Source: Eledone cirrhosa
Lineage: Eukaryota
Reading direction: 5' to 3'
DNA length: 64,000 nt
Assembly (NCBI GenBank): GCA_964016885.1
Contig: OZ024748.1
Coordinates: 33,542,001 to 33,606,000, forward strand
How positions within the stretch are numbered: position 1 is the stretch's first letter; the number at the start of each line of letters is the position of its first letter. Both the position numbers and the translations under genes were made by a program. This document shows, piece by piece, positions 11,124 through 24,444 of this stretch. Under the pieces are notes generated by a model that had not been told where the DNA came from, made no database searches, and saw only the letters and a program-made list of their open reading frames with translations.

Positions 11124-11287
11124 GTACAACTATGTCACAACATATACCTGCAATTATAGTCATTTTTAATAATATATATACACTGATACTAACATTCTAG
11201 AACAATTGTTCTAGAATGTTAGTATCAGTGTATATATATTATTAAAAATGACTATAATTGCAGGTATATGTTGTGACATAGTTGTAC
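11124..11287. repeat. Perfect 164-bp palindrome (82-bp arms, no loop) at an LTR end
   Basis: Centre AACAA|TTGTT between 11205 and 11206. Arms are exact reverse complements. Confidence 0.95.
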
Positions 11288-11849
11288 TTCACAGAAGTCA
11301 AATAAATTAATAGAAATAATTTTTACCACATATTGATGGTGAGTTGGTTTCAACTCCCAGACTGGAGCGTGTAGAGAAGAGAGAGAGAGAAAGCAGAGAT
11401 CTTCTCTTGGTAAGGTTGAAGTCGTTCTTTTCAGCTGCGGCGTAGGAAGTGAGAGAGAATTGCCTCACGTTCTCAAATATATAGTCCCCATGGGGACGTA
11501 ACTCCATTTAGTACATGGATGTACCACTAGGGGTCACGACCGTCGCAAAGGGACGCAACTCTTATCCGTTCTGAGATCCTCGCAAAGGGGCGCAAGTCTT
11601 ATCCGTTCTGAGTTCCAGCCGTAAGGGGGTCGTTACAGTACCTTCCTCCAGACAATAGGCGAAAAGCCCGAAGGTAATAGTAGCGAACCCACAAGCATGG
11701 GCTCCCAGCACAGGCATGAAATATTAACGAAAAGGTACATGTATACATAGTTCAATACAATAAAGAGAAAAACAAATAAAAAGGCTCCAGTGGCCAGTTC
11801 ACATAAAAACAGTTTGGCAGAGTTTTTTGGGCCAGTGGATCTTCGACCG

Positions 11850-14800
11850 GAACGGGTCGTGGTCTTGTATGTAGGTGAAGGTGGGGAAGAAGGAGCAGGT
11901 GTATGCACAAGAGAGAAAGATTGGGGTATTTGTGGCTCCGGTGTATGAGCGTCATTGTAAGACCTTTTTAGTATATCCACCGAAATTGTCTCTCTGGACC
12001 CCTTAATGTCTACTGTGAAATGTTTGTCAGTACGTGCTAACACACGGTAGGGTCCAGAGCACGGCTGTGTGAGGGGTGGAGTAACGGCGTCGTTTCTGAC
12101 GAATATATGTGTCCACGAGGCAATATCCCTCGGGACTGCAGCTTTAATAGTTTGTTTCCTAGTATTCATGGGCGGTAAGTCCTGAAAATAGGAGCGCAAA
12201 CGAGATATGTAGGAAAGAGGGTCCTGAAAAGCAAGATCAACAGGAGCAAGCATTTGCCCAGGCAACGCTAGAGGAGCACCATACAGTAATTTGGCCGGGG
12301 AGAACCCAAGGTCCTGCTTTATTGATGACCGAATTCCTAACAACACAATAGGAAGGTACTCGCTCCAACGTTGAGAGTCTGGATAGGCGCGAAGAGCGGC
12401 CTTTAATTGGCGGTGGAATCGTTCCACCATTCCGTTCGAAGCAGGATGATAAGCTGTGGTCCGAATCCGTTGAGTACCAATGATCTTTGTCAGCTCCGAG
12501 AAGAGATGAGAGTCAAATTGTCTACCACGGTCTGTGTTGACTGTTGTTGGCATGCCAAAGCGAGTAATCCACCCTGATACCAGGGCACGCGCTATAGTCT
12601 CAGCACTGATGTATTTTAAGGGGATGGCTTCAGGCCATCGCGAAATACGATCGATGCAGGTCAAGAGGTAAGAATATCCACTACTCAATGGCCAAGGTCC
12701 AACGATATCAATGTGGATGTGTTGAAACCGAGCATCTGGAGTACTGAAAGTACCAAGTGGAGTCCGGATGTGTCTGTGGACTTTAGATCTCTGACACTGT
12801 GTGCAGGAACGGCACCAAACAGTAATTCTCGCCTCATTGGGCCAGAAAAATCTAACCGTTATGAGCTTTACTGTGGCTGAAATTCCTGGGTGAAAAATGC
12901 TGTGCAAAGCAAGGAACACAATATGACGGTGAGTCTCAGGAACAGAAGGTCATGGTGAATCCGTAGATACATCACATAGAATCTGCCTGCCGGTGGTCGA
13001 CAAGGGCAGATATTTGAAGATGCAAGTCGCAAACTCGGCAGAAAAAGTATCCAACGATTTGAGTGCAGGTTGGTCTGCAGCTAAACGACTTAAGTCGATC
13101 TCCTGGGATGACAAGACGGAGCTGATTGGCAAACGTGACAATGCGTCTGCAGCTATGTTAAGCGAGCCAGCAATGTGCTGGATATCATTTGTAAATTGCG
13201 AAACGTAATCCAGGTGCCTTGTCTCTCTGGGTGAATATCTGTCGGCTTTAGCCCTCAAAGCGAAGGTCAGAGGTTTGTGGTCAGTTAAAACAGTAAAATT
13301 TCTCCCCTCAAGAATATGAGAGAAATGGTTCACCGACAGATATATGGCTAATAATTCCCGCCCAAACGTGCTGTAACGCGTTTCTGCTGGTTTCAGCTTT
13401 CTTGAGAAAAATGCCAAAGGTTTCCAGCGTTGTACTGCTGTAAAACTGCCCTCACAGCGGTATCAGATGCATCAACACAAAGCGAAAGCTTGACCTCTGG
13501 TACCGGGTGGGATAGCAAAGATGAACTAGCGAGTGCTCTCTTGGCAGCTGTCCTTGTGTCAAGGAAATATCCTCATTCTTCTTACGACGATTTTTCAAAA
13601 TGTCAGTAAGGGAAGATAGCAAATTAGCATAATGAGGAACGAAACGCCTATAGAAATTGATTAGGCCTAAGAAGTGACGCAACTGGTGAAGTGTAGTAGG
13701 CGGAGGTAAATCCTGTATGGCTTGAACTCGCTGGAGAAGCGGCCTAATACCTTCGGCGTCGATGAGGTGGCCTAAAATATTGAGCGAAGTGGAACCGAAA
13801 TCACACTTTGCGGGATTCACACGAACGCGGTAATCCTGAAGTTGCCGAAATAAAAGATGCATGTGGTGCATATGCTCTTCCGGGGAGGAACTAGCGACGA
13901 GAAGATCATCTATGTATGCATAAACGAAGTCCAGACCACGAGTGACTTCGTCTATGAACCGCTGAAAAGTGCTAGCGGCGTTCCTGAGTCCGAAAGGCAT
14001 GGTAAAAAATTCGAAGGATCCGAAAGGAGTTGTGATCGCCGTTTTTGGAATATCCTCCTTCCTGACCGGAATTTGGTGGTAAGCTCGCACTAAATCTAGT
14101 TTTGAGAAAATCTTACACCCCTGCAATGAAGATGCGAAATCCTGGAGATGGGGAATGGGATACCTATCCGGGACGGACATAGCATTTAACCTCCTATAAT
14201 CCCCAGTGGGTCTCCAGTCGCCAGAAGTCTTGGGCACCATGTGTAATGGTGAAGCCCAAGGACTCGTAGATGGGCGAATAATGCCCAGCTGCAGTATATG
14301 GTCGAGCTCGGACCGTGCTGCCTTTAATTTGTCCGACGGTAAGCGGCGTGGACGCGAAAATACTGGAGCACCGGTGGTGGAAATGAAATGTTCAGTTGAG
14401 TGGGTTGGCTCAGTGACTCGCAAATTTCCATCGGTGAGCTCCGGGAAAGAATCTAACAACGAATGGTAGGCGTCTCCAGCGGCAGCGATGAAGAATATGG
14501 GGCTAACTGTTGGAGATTTGGCTTTCCGGCCACGAATTGAAAAACCGGTGATGTCATCCAAAAGGCGTTGGCCACGGACGTCCACAGTCAAAGAGAAGTT
14601 GTGGAGCAAATCCGCTCCTAAGATAGGGTATGGCAAATCGGCAACCGTAAAAATTCACTTAAAATCCCTACGAAGATTTAGGAATTTGAGAGGAGGCGAG
14701 ATTTGTCCGTACGTCGTTATAGACGAGTGATTAACGGACTGCAGAGTAACGGATGACTCTACGGGGGTATCTTTCAGGCAATGGACCGGCTAAATACTAC

Positions 14801-14900
14801 AGGAGGCTCCTGTATTAACGAGGAAACCTCTTCCCGACATAAGGTCCTTAATGAAGAAATGGCGGTTTGGTGGCTTTATGTTGAAGTCAACTGCCTCCAT
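11850..14900 (-). pseudogene. pol: Outer Gypsy pol (protease, RT, RNase H, integrase), frameshifted
   Basis: [56 protein letters not shown] and TRSGR, spread over several frames. Confidence 0.9.
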
Positions 14901-15712
14901 CAGCGGGCCTCTTTGGCGTTTCCCGCCTTATGAAACGAGCAAGGTTGCACGCAGTGGTTCACGCTCTCGGCAAAAAGCTCGTGGTACCAGCCTAAAGATG
15001 AAGCTGATGACCTGGGGCGGCGTCTAAAAGAGTGAGATCTCCCACGGTTGCGCGAGCGCGAACGGGCACCACACCAGACTTTCATCTTCTGGAGCTCCAG
15101 GGTGAGTTCTTGAATGGCCTTCTGCATCGCCATAATGGCTGAGCTGTCTGTAGGAGCTGCCGCGCAGATGGCTTGGCCAGGTGTGACCTGAGCTGGTTGG
15201 GAAACAGCGGCAAGGGCTTCGCTGCCTCCAGCACCCGTGACTTCAAAACTTTGTCCGCAGAGGCGGCAAGCTGATCAACTGTGCAAGTGTCCCTAATGGG
15301 GGCCAAAATTGCCTGTACGTTGTGGGTAGGCGTGAGAAGAACAACTGCTTCAACATTGCAGATTCCGCTACCGACCCCTCCGTTAGGTCATTCATTCGCC
15401 TTAGGAGGTTCGATGGGGTGCCATCACCGATATGCTCCAGGTGGACCAGAGCCCTAAATCTTTTCTCTGCGGACTGTGCAGTCCGGCTGAGTATTTCAGC
15501 CTTCAGAGACTTGTACGTCGCGTCGGTGGATGTATCTAACACCAGGTCCTTAATCGCTGGGATAAGTGCCGGCGGAATTGCACTAAGGCCTAGGGGACGT
15601 TGTTGTGCTTCGTCGATTCTGTTCCCTCGAAAAATGCTTCGATTTGGGCGAACCATGACCTTACGTCGCCCGTGTACGTAGGTAAAACAGAATGAGATGC
15701 CATTGGTATACC
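14900..15712 (-). pseudogene. gag: Outer Gypsy gag, frameshifted
   Basis: GDGTPSNLLRRM..QLFFSRLP. Degenerate CHCC knuckle (G)WYH..F..VNHCVQPC. Homologous to 19887-20651. Confidence 0.8.
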
Positions 15713-16757
15713 GTAGGTAATCTGCTAAAAATTGTCTCAGTTCGGAAAAATATCTCCAACACAAGACAAAAAGAAAACAAAATCGCTTGTCAACTGGGCA
15801 GGAAAAAGAATGCACCCGAGAGAATATGTAAAGGAGCGACTAACGGAGCAATGTCATTAATAAGGTATAGGCGGCGAATTTAAAACAAAAATCAATATGG
15901 CGGACGATTTCGCGCCAAAAACACTTTTGATGGAGAAGAAAACCGCCATCTTGTCATCCTCAAACATTTTAGCCAGAGAAAAGAAGAAAAGAAGAAAAAA
16001 CATTCATACAATTGTTGTCTTGCTAGGAAGCTAGCAGCAATATCATCTTATTTTTTTTTTTTTTCTTGTGTTTAGTGTTCGGCCAGACCCATGATTATTT
16101 ACTTGAGTAAATATCACCGGAATCTAACTACTAAATTTTATACAGAAAATGATAAGATATATACAAAACACCATAACGAATACAAGTCTTCATTTTATTA
16201 TAACTCCGTTATAATTGTTGTACACAAATATCCTCGTACATATTTAGGTATAGTCTAAGCCCGTGATTAACATGTTCATCTTCAGTGTTGTCGGTTCGAA
16301 GGAAAGGCGCCAAAGAGAGAAAGAGCTGGCTGTGTTGCCGCTATTTATAACCTCTTTCCGGAAGTTGCAAAAGAGGGTTCTAGGCTTTCGACGGGAAGTA
16401 ACTCTAACTACTTCCCTGTCTAGAGAGCGCTACAAGACTCCCCTCTCAGACGACAAGTCGAATGACCAAATGAAATCATTGTAGCGAGAACATGAGGAGC
16501 AAAGCAAAAGGTACAAGAACATGAATGTATAAAACATGAGCAAGCAAATAGCAAAATGAGCATAAAACAAGTAATGCATTTTTACAAAGAATGTTTGAAT
16601 GTAACGAATGATAAATCATAGTCATACAAAGGAGCAGAGAATATTGATGCTCAATGGTAAAATCAATGTTTTTCAAAGTCAAATAGTTCATACATCACTA
16701 GTGTACAGACTTTTCTGACACTAGTTCTATCTGAAAACTGAAAAAAGAGGAGGTATG

Positions 16758-19700
16758 TTAATGCCACTGGGGTTTAATATATATTGTTTTTGAGAGTTTT
16801 CGTGGCCATTTTACCGACCTGCCACTTCGTGTGACATAAGGTTGTGTGGTATGTGGTGTTTGCGGTGGCGGTGAAAGTATTGGTGTAGGAGTATATGTAC
16901 GAGGTGTATCAGGCAGTGTGATGAGCCTTTCGGAGAAAGCCTTTTTTGCTCTGTCAATCGATATTGTCTCTTTTCGATTATTGACAGCCACTGTGAAATG
17001 TTTGGGTGTGTGCAAAAGCACACGAAAAGGTCCATTACAAGGTGACGTAAGAGGTCCCTTGACGGAATCATTCCGTATGAAAACGTGTGTCCACGTAGAG
17101 ATGTCCGATGGGACAGCAGAAGAAATAGATTGGTCACGAGGGTTCATCCGTGGAAGATCCGAGAAATACGAACGAATCCTGGGTCAAGATGTAATGAATC
17201 CACTGGTGCTAACATTTGTCCAGGAAGAGACAATGTGGCACCATAAAGAAGTTCAGCGGAAGAAAAACCTAAATCTGTCTTAATGGCAGCACGACAACCA
17301 AGAAGCACGATAGGCAAAAATTCAGTCCAACGTTGTGGATCAGGAGTAGCGCGAAGTGCAGTTTTTTAACTGTCTATGAAACCTCTCTATCATTCCATTG
17401 GAGGCTGGGTGATAGCTGGTCGTATGGATGTGATGAGCACCCAAGAGTCGTGATATTTCACGAAATAAGGAAGCCTCAAATTGGCGCCCACGATCCGTAG
17501 TTATTTTAGTAGGAACACCGAAACGAGCAATCCAATTGGAAATGAAAGCTCGGGCAATGGACTCTGCTGTTATGTCCATGAGGGGTATAGCTTCAGGCCA
17601 CCGAGAGAAACGATCGATACAAGTCAATATGTATGTGAATCCACGACTAACGGGCCATGGACCAACAATATCCATGTGTATATGACGGAAACGTGCGTCT
17701 GGCGGGCTGAATTTCCCAAGAGGAGCGCGGATATGCCGCTGAGTCTTAGAGCGCTGACACTTCAAGCAAGAACGTGCCCAACCGATTAAACGACGCATAT
17801 TAGGCCAGAAGAATGGAGCCGTAATAAGCTTCACCGTGGCAGCTATGCCAGGATGTGACAAGGAATGAAGTGCATCAAAAACGGTACGCTGATGACAATC
17901 TGGAACAAGTGGTCTGGGTGAGCCAGTAGAAACATCGCAGAGAATTTTCCCTTCAGAAGATGGAAGAGGTAAATATTCCAATTTGCAGCAGGAGAACTGG
18001 TCAGAGGAAATGTCCAGCGATTCCAAAGTAGGTTGTTCAGTTGCAATGGCAACTAAATCGATATGTGCAGGAGACACAAGAGAACACACAGAAAGTCGAG
18101 GTTATTTTGGAAGTTCCGGCTATGTGACGAATGTCACTGGTATACTGTGGATGAGATCCAGATGCCTATACGCTCTCGGAGAGTACTTGTCGGACTTAGA
18201 TTGTAAAGCGAACGTTAACTGTTTGTGGTCCGTGAATATCGTGAACTCCCGCCCCTCCAAAAGGTGGTGGAAATGCTTCACGGCAACATAAATCTCCAAA
18301 AGTTCTCTGTCAAAGGTGCTGTATCTCTGTTCTGCTGGTTTTAATTGGCGAGAGAAAAATGCCAATGGTTGAACTTGGCGATCGATTACATGATGCAAAA
18401 CTGCGCCAACAGCACGATCAGATGCATCAACAGAAAAGGAAAGTCTCGCATTTGCAACAGGATGGGCAAGGAAAGAAACTTTAGCTTGCTCAGACTTGAC
18501 GGATTTAAAAGACTGCAATGCATCGGCAGAAAGTGAAATTTTTTCATCTTTCTTTTTTGCAGCTCTTAAAAACTGTGCCAAGGGGAATAACTTGTCCGCA
18601 CAGTTAGGAAGAAAGCGACGATAAAAGTTAATTAATCCTAAGAAGTGGCATAATTGTTTCAAGGATGTTGGTGGTGCTAATTGCTGAATCGCCTCTACCT
18701 TAGATGGCAAAGGTCGTATGCCTTCTGAATCTATAAGGTGTCCGAGGAATTCCAGTGAATCTGCACCAAACACACATTTAGCTGGGTTGATTCTGACTTT
18801 GTACGATTGGAGACGTTGAAATAACTGAGATAGATGTTGATGATGGTGATCATCCGAATCACTGGCTATCAGGAGATCATCAACGTAAGCAAACACGAAA
18901 TCCAATCCACGCGTGACTTCATCGACAAAACGCTGGAACGTACTTGAAGCATTCCGAAAACCAAAAGGCATGGATAGGAATTCAAACGAACCAAAAGGGG
19001 TGGTCACAGCTGTTTTGGTATGTCTTCCGGATGCATGGGTATTTGATGGTAAGCGCGTACCAGATCTATTTTAGAAAATATCTTGCATCCATGCAGAGAG
19101 GAAGAAAAATCCTGTAAATTTGGTAGAGGATAACGATCAGATGTTGTGATAGCGTTAAGTCGTCTATAATCACCTACAGGTCTAAAATCCGCTTCACCCT
19201 TACGAGTCAAATGAAGCGGAGATGCCCATGGGCTGGTGGACGGTCGTAAAAGACCAAGCTGAAGCATGTGATCGAACTCATCCCTGGCTTGTTTTAGCCT
19301 GTCTGTAGCCAGCCTACGTGGCCGAGAAAAAACAGGCGGAGCAGTTGTTGTAATAAAATGTCGAGTCGAGTGGATTACTTGGTTCGGTTTAAATGAAATG
19401 TCAGTTAACTCGGGAAACGAGGCAAGAAGAGAATGAAACTGGTTTCCAGAGGCAGCTACGAAACACGCGGGACTTGTGGTGGCAACAATAGAACCATGAG
19501 CAGGCGTAGATAAAGATGTGGTGCCATCCACAAGTTTCTGTTTCCTGACATCTACTAACAGTGAGTAGTGGTGTAACAAATCCGCACCGAGAATAGGGTG
19601 GGGTAGGTCTGCTACAACGAAAAAACATTTGAAATCCCGACGCAAAGCTAGGTCCAATGATAGAGATATTTGTCCATAAGTTTTTATAGGAGACTGGTTT

Positions 19701-19860
19701 ACTGCATACAAGGAAATACCTGAAAAATTTGGCTTGGTACAGCTGAAACGAAGTGGCCAAAAACTGCAGTTAGAACCTGTGTCGACCATAAACGATTTGT
19801 TTGAAATTCGATCTTTTATAAAAAAAAAAAGGCACGGCAAGGAGAATTAATGGTGGAGAG
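16758..19860 (-). pseudogene. pol: Inner Gypsy pol, frameshifted
   Basis: Protease FMVDTGS, RT YVDD, RNase H VDAS..TDHK, integrase [22 protein letters not shown] and TRSGR. Confidence 0.9.
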
Positions 19861-19886
19861 ATCTGCCGTGCCCAGATTCTCCAGGT

Positions 19887-20654
19887 TTAGTTTTCCGAAG
19901 TCCCGAAAGAGCAGGGTTGAATGCAATGATTCGCCTTTTCACGAAAACGCACGTGATACCAACATAAAGACGAGTCGTTGGCGGGGGTTTTGGCGCGACG
20001 ATGAAAAGAAGAACCACTTCGTGGGCGCCATCTGAAATGTGTTCGTTCTCGACACAGTTTAGTCAATGGACGAGTTAGCACGTCAATGGCTCTCAATATA
20101 GAGTCCTCACGGGGTGGAACAGACTGTGCTTTAAGAGTAGCAGAAGCAATGTGTGGATCTGCCGAAGTAGGTACTCGATAAAATTCCATTATGCGGTCCA
20201 CTGAGGCTGCAATTTGGTCCAGAGAACTAGTGTCGACTATATTTGCCAGTATGGTCTGCACATTTGTTGGCAAACGGGAGAAGAATAATTGTTTTACGAA
20301 AGAGTTATCCTCTGCTGTTGAGTCGCTCAATTCTCGGATGCGCCGTAAAAACTGGGACGGAGTTCTATCTCCCAGGATTTTCTCCTCCAACAAGAAACGA
20401 AATTTGCTCTCAGACGAACGACTGTTCCGTCTGAGCACTTCTGCCTTAAGGGTCTCGTAAGTGACGCCTTGTGGGGGATCGGTGATGATATCCTTTACTG
20501 ACACGGCGAGCGAGGCAGGGATTCCGCTTATGAGCACGTGTAACCTCAGTTGTACCGCTTGGACGCCATGTGCAACAAAAAAATACGAATCTAGTTGTGC
20601 AAACCACAACTCTGCATCACCTGAATACGTCGGTAGCGAAGAATTACTCATCAT
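19887..20654 (-). CDS. gag: Inner Gypsy gag
   Basis: Open frame with the CHCC knuckle CWYHVRFREKANHCIQPC typical of the CsRn1 clade. Confidence 0.85.
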   Translation of the reverse strand: MMSNSSLPTYSGDAELWFAQLDSYFFVAHGVQAVQLRLHVLISGIPASLAVSVKDIITDPPQGVTYETLKAEVLRRNSRSSESKFRFLLEEKILGDRTPSQFLRRIRELSDSTAEDNSFVKQLFFSRLPTNVQTILANIVDTSSLDQIAASVDRIMEFYRVPTSADPHIASATLKAQSVPPREDSILRAIDVLTRPLTKLCRERTHFRWRPRSGSSFHRRAKTPANDSSLCWYHVRFREKANHCIQPCSFGTSEN

Positions 20655-22239
20655 GAATGTAGTAGCCGCTGGGTGAAATGTTCTCTTTTTTAAATTTTTT
20701 TTATTTTTTTTTTTTACTTGCCGCACATGTGGTTTAACTTCCGTGAATCAGGCAATGACAACACATTTCAAAGAAAATTAGTTGTATTTTCAAAAGATAT
20801 ATACGCACGTGGTGGTAAGATGAATGGTTGAAGTGATGTAACACGGAGGAAGCAAAATGGCGGATACAAAAACGAAGACACGAGGTGCAAACATTTTTTT
20901 TTCTTTTTTTTATGCGTATCCGGGAATTATCATTTTTTTTTTTTTTCGTTGGTGTTTCTGTACGTCGAGTCACCATTTTAGTGTTCTGCCAGACCCAGGA
21001 TTATTTACTTGAGTAAATATCACCGGGATCTAACTACTAAATTTTATACAGAAAATGATAAGATAGATTTACAAAACACCATAACGAATACAAGTCTTCA
21101 TTTTATTATAACTCCGTTATAATTGTTGTACACAAATATCCTCGTACATATTTAGGTGATTAACATGTTCATCTTCAGTGTTGTCGGTTCGAAGGAAAGG
21201 CGCCAAAGAGAGAAAGAGCTGGCTGTGTTGCCGCTATTTATAACCTCTTTCCGGAAGTTGCAAAAGAGGGTTCTAGGCTTTCGACGGGAACTACTTCCCT
21301 GTCTAGAGAGCGCTACATGTATATAAATAAATGGAATGTTCGCTTTGCACATATGAGGAGTTTGATTGTTAAATGTTTCAGATAAAGATGCTGAAATCAG
21401 TAAAATACAGCCAGATCAGAATGAAGCGTGTTGTTCTGTATTAAATGTTTTTTTCTTTCTTTTTTTATATATAGACATAATACGGTTTCCTTTTTTTTTT
21501 TCGGTGTCACCAATTTAGAATATTAGTATCAGTGCATATATATTATTAAAAATGACAATAATTGCAGCTATGTGTTGTGACATAGTTGTACTTCACAGAA
21601 GTCAAATAAATTAATAGAAATAATTTTTACCACATGTTGAGGTGAGTTGGTCTCAACTCCCAGACTAGAGCGTGTAGAGAAGAGAGAGAGAAAGCAGAGA
21701 TCTTCTCTTGATAAGGTTGAAGTCGTTCTTTTCAATTGCGGCGTAGGAAGTGAGAGAGAATTGCCTCACGTTCTCAAATATATAGTCCCCATGGGGATGT
21801 AACTCCATTTAGTACATGGATGTACCACTAGGGGTCACGACAGTCACAAAGGGATGCTTAGTTTACGGATGTGACACTAGGGGTCACGACCGTCGCAAAG
21901 GGACGCAACTCTTATCCGTTCTGAGTTCCTCGCAAAGGGGTGTAACTCTTATCCGTTCTGAGTTCCAGCCGTAAGGGGTCGCTACATTCTCACGCTCCAC
22001 ATAAAGGCGTATTATCTTCGCTTTTATCCGTCCATTGCCAGGGAACGTCTTCACGAACCAAAGTATTGTCTTCCTGTTTTCCTTCGGTTGTAAAGTTTTT
22101 CGAAATATTTACTTCTGCGTTCATAGATTGATTTTTTTAATTTCAGAAGATCCTGTTAAGGGTGAAAGCAGTGATTCTTATATTAGATAAAAGAATATAA
22201 TATATACGTGTATATTCATATATTGTATTTATTCTCATC

Positions 22240-23662
22240 ACAATTTAAACACCATTTTACATGCTAGCATGGGTCAGAAGAGTTGTCCTGTTGTGTGAAA
22301 ACTTAGATCAAATGACCGTGTCTTGCTCATGCAAGAACCATTTCTAGTTGGTTTCTACGGCTGGATGCCCTTCATAACTCCAACCACATTTACAGTGTGG
22401 ACTTGGTATTTATTGTTGTGTTGCTAACATGACCAACCTACAGGATGAACTGGGGCTTTTCGTTGTGTCATCATCATGACAACCACCAGCTAAGAGAGCA
22501 GACTGGGTGCTCTTTGTCATGTCACCAATTTGACAACTTCGAAGGGTGGTTCGGGTGCCTTCAGTCTTGTCCCTAGCATCACTACTTTACAGAATGGGCT
22601 AGGGCCTCCTGTCATGTCTACCTCACAGGGTGGACTGGCTGCTTCTTTGTCATGTCACCAGCATGACTACCGTACCTTATAGGGAGGATTAGGTGCTCTT
22701 TTGTCATGACACCTGCATGACCACATTACATGGTTGCCTAAGGGTTTAGCTATTTCAGCAGCATTGGAGGAGAGCATGTTAAGCTTTCCATACATGTATA
22801 CATGGGTTGGTCAAGAGAGGTGTATCAGATGTGAAAGTGGGGATGGGGTTGTGTGTATGTATGGTGGGGATTGGAGAGGTGGGTAAGGGTGGTGTACTTA
22901 GCTGGTAAGGGGGTGGAGTGTTATGATGTGGGGAGGAGGAAAATTAGGAGCATACTTCAAACCACTAAATGCTGCTCATCCCGCGCACATTGGAATGCAG
23001 GTCTCCTGCAGTACTGTACATCACCTTTCAGAGCTGCAATGGTGTCAGGTCAGTTTTTACCTCCTCATCCCAAGCTTTCCTAGGTCTTCCACTTCCATCA
23101 ATTTCAAGCACTCAACTTTTTATACAACATCTCTATTTTCATGCACATCACATACCCATAACACAGCAATCTACACTCCTGCATACTGTATCTTATCCCT
23201 CTCATGCCCAGGTTCTCTCTCAGTTTATTAACATTTTGTTCTTCATGTATATTAATATTACACATACATCGGAGAATTCAAGCTTCAATTCTATCCAATC
23301 TTCGGAGGTCCTGTGCACACACCGCCCACATCTCACTGCAATGCAGCATTGCTGTTCATATGCACACATCAATTTGATGAAACAACCTTTTGTAGCTAGC
23401 AGTAGTAGTAGTAGCACCCTAAACCTTTGCCATCTTGTTCTTACTCTGGTTACTGTACTTTCAGAACACCTACCTCCACTGCTAATTTGGTCACCTACGT
23501 AAGAGAAACTGTCAACTGCTTCTACGGAATCCTTTAAATATATGATAGAGCTTGTCCCCTAAAAGCGATTGCGTCTCACTGCTCCAGTGAAATGATCCCA
23601 TGTAAAACCTACGTTCGTAGCTAACTTACCTTGTATCCAACTAAATCTCTTGTGTACCCATA
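22240..23662 (-). mobile_element. Old degraded RTE LINE 3' portion
   Basis: 3' UTR motif TTTCTACGGCTGGATGCCCTT and remnants of the RT C-terminal and PHD regions. Confidence 0.65.
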
Positions 23663-23675
23663 GTCTATTTAGTGT

Positions 23676-24218
23676 AAATAATTGTTTCTACTTTTGGCAC
23701 AAGGCCAGCAATTAACATAATCATCATCATCATTTTACGTCCGCTTTTCCATGCTTGCAAGGGTGGGACGGAAACTGATTCTGGCTTGATTTCTACAGCT
23801 GGATGCCCTTCCTAACACCAACCTCATTTACAGTGAGTACTGGGTGCTTTTTTTCCGTGGCGCCTACACGTCCACTTTACAGTGGAATGATAGGGACCCC
23901 AGTCCCTATCATCTCATTTCTACAGCTGAGTAAACTAGAGCAATGTGAAATAAAGTGTCTTGCTCAAGGAAACAACACATCACCCAGTCTGAGAATTGAA
24001 CTCACAACCTTTCGATTGCAAGCCCAATGCTCTAACCACTAAGCCATGTGCCTCCATATCCCAGTGTATTACTGGCACTTTATTTTATCGACCCCGTAAG
24101 GATGAAAGGCAAAGTTAACCTTGGCGGGATTTGAACTCAGATCATAATGGGCCGTAACTCTTTGCTGCAAAGCATGGCGTCCGACCCTCTACCGATACTA
24201 CCAATCTGGGTAAATAAT
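23676..24218 (-). mobile_element. SINE family 1 containing a nested RTE 3' end and a SINE family 2 head
   Basis: SINE1 tail at 23680-23715 and head at 24060-24206. GTAAATAAT occurs at both ends. Empty site near 48080. Confidence 0.75.
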
Positions 24219-24444
24219 GTTTCATACACATAACATGTATGTGTGACTATTGGTTTCTGAGTCAACTTATGGCCACCACTGTTTATTGTGGGGTGGCACT
24301 TCCATACAGACCCTTCATTGGGCATGCTGACAAATATATAAAGGAAGTTATTTCCTCCAACAATTTTCACTCCAAACAGAGGAGTGTTTCATATTGCCAA
24401 AAAGGGAGGTAAATCTTTAGTGGTGGAATGTCAGACTTAATTAA

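Larger units (their letters stand above)
16071..21317 (-). mobile_element. Inner Ty3/Gypsy LTR retrotransposon (CsRn1-like) nested in the leader of the outer element
   Basis: LTRs at 16071-16434 and 20977-21317. PBS TGGTGACTCGACG at 20975-20963. PPT GAGAGGGGAG. Possible 4-bp TSD TGTG/TGTA. Confidence 0.93.
11207..21986 (-). mobile_element. Outer Ty3/Gypsy LTR retrotransposon (CsRn1/Kabuki-like), disrupted
   Basis: LTRs at 11207-11637 and about 21514-21986. tRNA-Trp-like PBS TGGTGACACCGA at 21512-21501. PPT GGAGGAAGG next to 11638. PR-RT-RH-IN order. Confidence 0.93.

Noticed and set aside
16262-16290. CTGAAGA in the inner Gypsy LTR as an LTR-retrozyme hammerhead
   Set aside because: No stem II plus GAAA arrangement follows.
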